A stretch of DNA of 64,000 nt from Vampirovibrionaceae bacterium NZW_1234 (GTDB lineage Bacteria > Cyanobacteriota > Vampirovibrionia > Vampirovibrionales > JAGQHJ01). The DNA lies in the NCBI GenBank assembly GCA_041697335.1, contig JBGUGD010000015.1, positions 159,884 to 223,883 on the forward strand. The letters run 5' to 3'. Under the pieces are notes generated by a model. That model searched no databases. It saw only the letters and a program-made list of their open reading frames with translations, and had not been told where the DNA came from. Position numbers and translations under genes: made by a program. Each line of letters opens with the position of its first letter. Position 1 is the first letter of the stretch. Below are positions 58,810 through 64,000 of this stretch, piece after piece.

Positions 58810-60558
58810 CTAACGTTTTAGAAAGTTGTCATCCAACAGCAAGAATAACAGGAAGAGATTGAATGGTGGTTGAGGCTGACGTCGCATCGGGGCACCAAAG
58901 GGTGATCGTGAAACCGACCGTCTTCTTGAGTTGCCATTCAATATGTTCTGCAGTAGGAATAACGGCAACAGCTCATCCAAGGTATCCGCAAATGACGATT
59001 TTGACGAGCGATTGCCCGCTGAAACCGTTGATGAGGATGAAGCCGAACTGGTTACTGAAGTAGGCCCTGCAACACTATTTGCAGAGGATGCCTGTGTAAT
59101 ACCGGGTGTTACCTGAACAACAGGACTGCGAACTGATGTGGCTGAAGTTGAAGGTGAGTTTACAGGTTGAGTTATTAACGGAATACTGCTTGCGGGTGTA
59201 CCTGTAGACGCTCCTGTCTGTACTGTCCCTGTACCGCTCACAGTTTGATTGGTTGTACCGGATGCCGTCGTCTGAGACGTTTGAACCGTGGCACTACCTG
59301 TAACAGCAACCGTCTGGTTTGCCTGCGTTCCATTATTGACCTGAACAACCGTGGCACTTCCAGCAGCCGGTGTGGTACCACCTCCTCCACCTCCTGCGGA
59401 GGCCGTGGGCTGTGCAGGAGATGCTGCCACTGGCGTATTACCTGCCGGGGCTGTCTGAGTCGAGGTCGGCCCGGTAAAGTTATTGTTGGTTGTTCCTGAA
59501 GCCGTTGTCTGTGATGTTTGAACAGAGCCTTGCCCGGAAATCGAGACAGATTCTGATGCAGTATCACCGTTATTCACTTGAACAACGGAAATCGAACCTG
59601 CCCCACCTCCTGAAGGAAGGGTGTTTGCGTTATTAATCCGAACCGTTGCTGCAGTTTGTGCTCGATTAACTGTTATGCGGCCGGATACGATATCAGACAG
59701 ACGATAGTCTTGGGCCCCGGTGGCAGTAAATCGAATTTTAAGATCAACACCTGACGCTACTGTGACGCGATCATGACTGGAAGGATCAACGATCACAATG
59801 TCACCATTGGCTTGGCGCTCGAATGTCACGTCACTATCAACCACAATGCGATCGTCCACATTGGCTCGAGTTACTCGAACCGTATTGGACCCAGAGAACT
59901 GGGAGCCTGAAGCTGAAATATCCAAGACGTCATTACCGCGCCCGGCACCCAGATCGATGGTCAGCTCACTGTTTTTCAGATTGGCATTCAAAAACAGACT
60001 CGTTGATTCTGGGTTATCCTTGACCGAAAAATTCACCTGATTGTTCATACCATCAAAGTTCAGGGTTCCAAAGCCTCGAGTCACATTGAGCGTATTGTTC
60101 GTACCATTCATGGACAAATTGAGCCGATTGGTATTGTCGAGGGATAAACTATTATTACGGCCTCCGAGGAGGATCTCGGAAGTTATGGCCGAAATATTTC
60201 GAAGCTGGATTGTGTTGCCACTTCCCAGTAAGCTAAATTGGCTAATTGCCCCGGAGACCGTGCCTGTATTGTTTCGAGCATTCTCTCCGAGAACCAAAGA
60301 TGTATTAATCAATGGTTGCCCGACTTGCCCGGTGTCCTGGGCATTGGCATTAAAGGTAAACTGGTTGGAACTGTAGGATACAGCCGGATCAGTGCCCAAA
60401 AAGAAAGATAGGCTCCGCTGATAGGCTGTTCGATTTTGCCCTGCGACGGCATCTTGGGTATTGATAATACTGTTTGTTAGGCCGCTGACCGACGTTCGTT
60501 GATCAAAACGACCATTACCGCCCTGAAAGGACGCCCTAAAATTCAATTCTGCTGCCAT
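58810..60558 (-). CDS. Hypothetical Asn/Ser/Thr-rich protein, probable beta-helix/beta-roll region with a duplicated VVQVNNG...VQTSQTTASGTTN repeat
   Basis: 582-aa ORF; G.NN.(L/I) repeats, one RTX-like GAGRGNDVL, hydrophobic C-terminal motif. Confidence 0.85.
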   Translation of the reverse strand: MAAELNFRASFQGGNGRFDQRTSVSGLTNSIINTQDAVAGQNRTAYQRSLSFFLGTDPAVSYSSNQFTFNANAQDTGQVGQPLINTSLVLGENARNNTGTVSGAISQFSLLGSGNTIQLRNISAITSEILLGGRNNSLSLDNTNRLNLSMNGTNNTLNVTRGFGTLNFDGMNNQVNFSVKDNPESTSLFLNANLKNSELTIDLGAGRGNDVLDISASGSQFSGSNTVRVTRANVDDRIVVDSDVTFERQANGDIVIVDPSSHDRVTVASGVDLKIRFTATGAQDYRLSDIVSGRITVNRAQTAATVRINNANTLPSGGGAGSISVVQVNNGDTASESVSISGQGSVQTSQTTASGTTNNNFTGPTSTQTAPAGNTPVAASPAQPTASAGGGGGGTTPAAGSATVVQVNNGTQANQTVAVTGSATVQTSQTTASGTTNQTVSGTGTVQTGASTGTPASSIPLITQPVNSPSTSATSVRSPVVQVTPGITQASSANSVAGPTSVTSSASSSSTVSAGNRSSKSSFADTLDELLPLFLLQNILNGNSRRRSVSRSPFGAPMRRQPQPPFNLFLLFLLLDDNFLKR

Positions 60559-60662
60559 GCGTTCCCGCTCTCTCCTCTCCTTCGCTATACAAAAATAAAA
60601 ACAATCCTAAGGTCAGAATTGCCCTTCTTGCCGGAAAAAACATATTTCGTAACAATCACAGC

Positions 60663-60689
60663 GGATCGGCGCAAATACTGAGACGTTTA
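60663..60689 (-). promoter_or_regulatory. Sigma-28-like promoter
   Basis: Minus strand TAAACGTC-N11-GCCGATCC, about 105 nt upstream of the start at 60558. Confidence 0.6.
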
Positions 60690-60714
60690 TGAAATTGATT
60701 TTAGATAAGGCAAT

Positions 60715-61155
60715 CTAGACTTTAACATTCAGTCGCTTGCCTTGAGCATCTACACAATGGACTTTGGATTGAGTCTCGACTCTGAAAAAAAAGGCCATTA
60801 AATCCTGAGTCGCCTCGTCAAACTGCTCCTCATGATGCTGAGCTTGAAAATCAAGGATGTCGTCTGACTCGTCGCTGTTCTCTGGGTCACCATACTCTTG
60901 CGTAATGGCCAGATCAACCGCATCCAGCGACAGCGAATTCAGACGGTTCTGAATGTCCAGGTAATCGGTTAAATCCTCTTCAGTAAGCACGTAATGACCA
61001 CTAACTTCAGGAGAAAATCGAAGTTCCAGGGCTTTGGCGGAAGTCCCAAATTGATTCAGCCCCATTGCATAAGCTTCAGCGGCCTTCTTTGCTAAAGACT
61101 CCGCAGGAGCTTTGACTCTGTATATTGTCCCAAATCGCACATCGGAGGTCACCAT
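60715..61155 (-). CDS. Hypothetical protein with N-terminal VRFG motif (paralog of 23767-24348)
   Basis: GGGAG RBS; MVTSDVRFG...KKAAEAYAMGLNQFGTSAK...HYVLT. Confidence 0.8.
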   Translation of the reverse strand: MVTSDVRFGTIYRVKAPAESLAKKAAEAYAMGLNQFGTSAKALELRFSPEVSGHYVLTEEDLTDYLDIQNRLNSLSLDAVDLAITQEYGDPENSDESDDILDFQAQHHEEQFDEATQDLMAFFFRVETQSKVHCVDAQGKRLNVKV

Positions 61156-61334
61156 GGCGCTTACTCCCACAATCAAACATTGGACTCCCTAACAGCAATG
61201 CTACTGAGAAGCCTGAGAGTGGTCAAGCCAATGTCACCTCCAGTCATCTCCTTTGTTACATTTCAAAATACCTTGGACACAAGGTACGACGTTCTGCATT
61301 GTCATAAATTGTCATAATTCGTCACAAATTAGAC

Positions 61335-62054
61335 TTGACAGGCTTTTCTAAGGCTAGGAATAACCAACAGCCATGGGAGACTCTAAATTTGGCGATTACG
61401 ACACCTCCAGTATCCAGACCTCCATTTAACCAAACTGATGCTGGTCGTTTGGACCCTGACTTTGTGCCCACACCTACGTCAATCGCCCATGAAATGTGCT
61501 CGCTTGTGGGACTCAGAAAAGGTCCCGTTGCTGTGGATAAGCGATTAAAGGTTCTCGAGCCGTCTGCAGGAACTGGGGACATCGCACGTATACTGCGGGA
61601 ATATCCGGTTGATCTCGATGTGGTCGAGTTAGATCCCGGTCGACGCGCGGAGTTGGAAGATCAAGGGTTTCATGTGGTCGGCGATGATTTTACCCAATTC
61701 TCCAATCCTCCAAACGATGGCTATGATGCCATTGTGATGAATCCCCCCTTTAGTAAAAAACAAGCCGTCCAGCACATCAAACATGCCTTTAGCTTACTCA
61801 AACCGGGTGGGAAATTAGCAAGCATTTTACCCGAATATTGGTTTCGAGGCTCCAAGAAGCCCCAGCGAGAATTTCATGCATGGCTGCAACAGGCAAGCCA
61901 GGGCTTGTGGTCGGCGATTCCCTTAATCAAAGAGGTCTTTATTAATGATCGGTCTCAGGTTAATATTGCAACTCGCATTTTAGTCATGCAAAAACCCACC
62001 GTTCTGAAACAGAGTGAGAACACTCTGGAGAAATCCCTGGAACTCACGGCATAA
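61335..62054 (+). CDS. Orphan class I SAM-dependent amino-methyltransferase (N6-adenine DNA MTase-like)
   Basis: DFVPTP, VLEPSAGTG (motif I), MNPPF (motif IV) and LLKPGG; no nuclease partner; start uncertain. Confidence 0.85.
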   Translation: MTGFSKARNNQQPWETLNLAITTPPVSRPPFNQTDAGRLDPDFVPTPTSIAHEMCSLVGLRKGPVAVDKRLKVLEPSAGTGDIARILREYPVDLDVVELDPGRRAELEDQGFHVVGDDFTQFSNPPNDGYDAIVMNPPFSKKQAVQHIKHAFSLLKPGGKLASILPEYWFRGSKKPQREFHAWLQQASQGLWSAIPLIKEVFINDRSQVNIATRILVMQKPTVLKQSENTLEKSLELTA

Positions 62055-62216
62055 ATACCTTGTAGACTTACTCATCTTCTTTTGACCTTGAAAACTAGCC
62101 AACAGGCGAGCACTAGCAGGGTAATGACGGTATGCTTGGTTTTGAGCAAAATACCCACAAGCAGCGCAACGTTTCTTCATGTAGATCCAGAAAAACGGCT
62201 GGAAAATGAGGTCGAA

Positions 62217-62582
62217 ATGGGACGGGTTCTCGTGTTAAGTCTGGTGATAACATTGCTTCTTCAGGGGGAATTATCACTATGCTATGGCGCCATAGGCAAA
62301 ATGACCAGCCCGTATAAAATTGAACCGGGCAGCATTCAAAAACATCAGAAGCTCGTTACATTTTGGGTCCGAAAATCCCAACTCGCGAGCCAACCCCATC
62401 AACCGGAAGTACGTCAGCGGCGAACAATTAATTGCGACAACAAGACCATGGCGCTGAATGAATCCATTTATTTTGGTCCGGATGGCTCCGTTACAGGAAG
62501 CCTCGAATATCCGACACCGACCTTTTATCCTGTTCATGCCCACCCCGATACCCAGGTTTTGTGGGAACAGATCTGCCAATAA
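62217..62582 (+). CDS. Exported surface-adhesin-E-like small protein
   Basis: Signal peptide; SI.K...VTFWVR...INC..KTM...Y...GSV and a terminal Cys. Confidence 0.65.
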   Translation: MGRVLVLSLVITLLLQGELSLCYGAIGKMTSPYKIEPGSIQKHQKLVTFWVRKSQLASQPHQPEVRQRRTINCDNKTMALNESIYFGPDGSVTGSLEYPTPTFYPVHAHPDTQVLWEQICQ

Positions 62583-62689
62583 TATCTGGGGTGCATGCAC
62601 ATAGACAATGATTATCCCCAAGTGACCAATTGTCGGCGATTAGAACTGTGGTTATTGTGGAGAGTGGTTGGGAAAACAGGAGAGAAGTG

Positions 62690-63007
62690 ATGAGACCGTT
62701 ATCTGCTGTCTTAGGGTTTTTAGCATTTGCCTTATTGGTCGGAGTTTGTGTCTACATTTTTAATCGCTATACGGACACACAGGATGTCCCAACACAAGTC
62801 TATGAACGGGAAACACAAGTCGAACGCGAGGTTGCGGTCCCTATTGAGGTCGAGCGAGAAGTGCCCGTCCATGTTCCTAGCCCACCTCAGGTGATTGAGC
62901 GAGAAACTATTAAGCACGTTCCGGTTCCGACTCCGTCCCACAACACCCATTCAAATAACGCTACCACATCAGAAGAACCCGAAGCCGCTCCATTGGGATC
63001 AGAATAA
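62690..63007 (+). CDS. Small membrane-anchored protein with (V/I)ERE(V/T) repeats
   Basis: AGGAGAG RBS, N-terminal TM, VEREVAVP/VEREVPV/IERETIKHVPVP. Confidence 0.75.
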   Translation: MRPLSAVLGFLAFALLVGVCVYIFNRYTDTQDVPTQVYERETQVEREVAVPIEVEREVPVHVPSPPQVIERETIKHVPVPTPSHNTHSNNATTSEEPEAAPLGSE

Positions 63008-63018
63008 CCGCTGGGATT

Positions 63019-63741
63019 TTAATATATTGGCCAACCTAATGCATCGCGTTTCACGGGTTTCTTAGGGTCGTTCGAAGGTGGGCTAAGCCAATTAGAAAAA
63101 CGCTCAGCCATCTGTGATATCGCAATACCTATTCGAGAGATGAGCCAGGGTTGCGCAATCTGAAGTCCCTCAGGTGAAAACCCTGTCAGCACTTTCTTAA
63201 AAATTAATTCCTTCTTGGGTCGAGTCGAAGGGCCATTTGCAACACCGGGAAGCTCGACTTCAGCGACAGGAATAGACTCTGTTTTAATCCACCCATAGCG
63301 TTCCATCTGTTCAAAAATGTTTTTAAGCCGAACTGAATTATTTCCTTTGACATATCCATCAAAGAATCGTCGGATTCCTGGGCCAAAACGCATTTTATTG
63401 CCCCAGGGCAAAGATTCAACCAGAGGTTTGTTGCCATTCAGGAGTTCATAATACAGATATTGCATCATCTCCTTTACAGACACAAAATTGGTTGAAATCC
63501 ACATTCCACCACCTGGCAAAAGACCGGATCGGATATCCCGATGCGAATCATTAGATAATACATTGATCTGTAAAAACGCGTCCTTCTCTGCTTTTAGAGC
63601 AGCTTCATCCAAGACGGGTAAAGATATCCCTTTCTCTGATATTTTCTCTGCCGGTTTCGGATTCGGTATTTTGGGTTTCAGGGCCTGTAAACGGCGCTTC
63701 CCATTTTTCCGACGAGCCGAAAAAGACATAATCATATCCAT
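63019..63741 (-). CDS. Hypothetical protein
   Basis: GGGAG RBS before ATG 63741 (MDMIMSFS...); basic N-terminus. Confidence 0.65.
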   Translation of the reverse strand: MDMIMSFSARRKNGKRRLQALKPKIPNPKPAEKISEKGISLPVLDEAALKAEKDAFLQINVLSNDSHRDIRSGLLPGGGMWISTNFVSVKEMMQYLYYELLNGNKPLVESLPWGNKMRFGPGIRRFFDGYVKGNNSVRLKNIFEQMERYGWIKTESIPVAEVELPGVANGPSTRPKKELIFKKVLTGFSPEGLQIAQPWLISRIGIAISQMAERFSNWLSPPSNDPKKPVKRDALGWPIY

Positions 63742-63983
63742 TGTCCACTCCCAACAAACATCCCACTTTTTGCAGTATGAATGCTGCATAAAAACCATTA
63801 AAACATTTTTTTTGCTAGTCTTCTTAAGGCAAAGAGTAACAAAGCTCAGAGCTGCATTAAGGGATTACTAGAAAATTGGTGGAGCTTAATAAATTGCTCC
63901 AATTGCACCACCAGTTACTCCCACCTATTCTTAATAGCTTGGCCCTTCTATTACCCCATAATGACCACTCCCCGACAAAAAAA

Positions 63984-64000
63984 TGGTACCCCCAAGGGAA
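63984..64000 (-). tRNA. 3' end of a tRNA, most likely tRNA-Glu (truncated by the window edge)
   Basis: Reverse complement TTCCCTTGGGGGTACCA matches the cyanobacterial-type tRNA-Glu T-stem/acceptor/CCA end as I recall it; anticodon not visible. Confidence 0.7.

Overview
Chromosomal window of a flagellated, apparently non-photosynthetic relative of Cyanobacteria. Melainabacteria/Vampirovibrionia is my inference, from a cyanobacterial-type tRNA-Glu 3' end and membrane-anchored YvcK together with flhB and a FliA-like sigma. Housekeeping content: tRNA-His, an RsbU-like phosphatase, pxpA-like-rapZ-yvcK-panB-panC, grpE-dnaJ, rplS-rbgA-rnhB, comM, sppA, hisC, homogentisate catabolism genes, icd, a two-component pair and an ABC/HlyD/TolC exporter. 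These are interspersed with many orphan low-complexity proteins. The strongest novelty candidate is a tandem trio of about 790-920 aa proteins (33.0-41.0 kb). Each has a type IV prepilin N-terminus, a variable beta-rich stalk and a conserved C-terminal domain resembling the FrpC self-processing module, but with Ser-Pro in place of Asp-Pro. Each is preceded by a sigma-28-like promoter. Other notable items: sigma-28-like promoters on two more orphan genes, a group of orphan proteins with an N-terminal RFG/SFS motif (two are clear paralogs), three co-varying 25-bp palindromes between grpE and flhB, a four-GntR-wHTH regulator, a Met-rich/prion-like 854-aa protein, and a 14-bp inverted repeat bracketing a decarboxylase gene. 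No CRISPR array, integrase or transposase was seen. All family assignments are by-eye motif recognition, not database searches.
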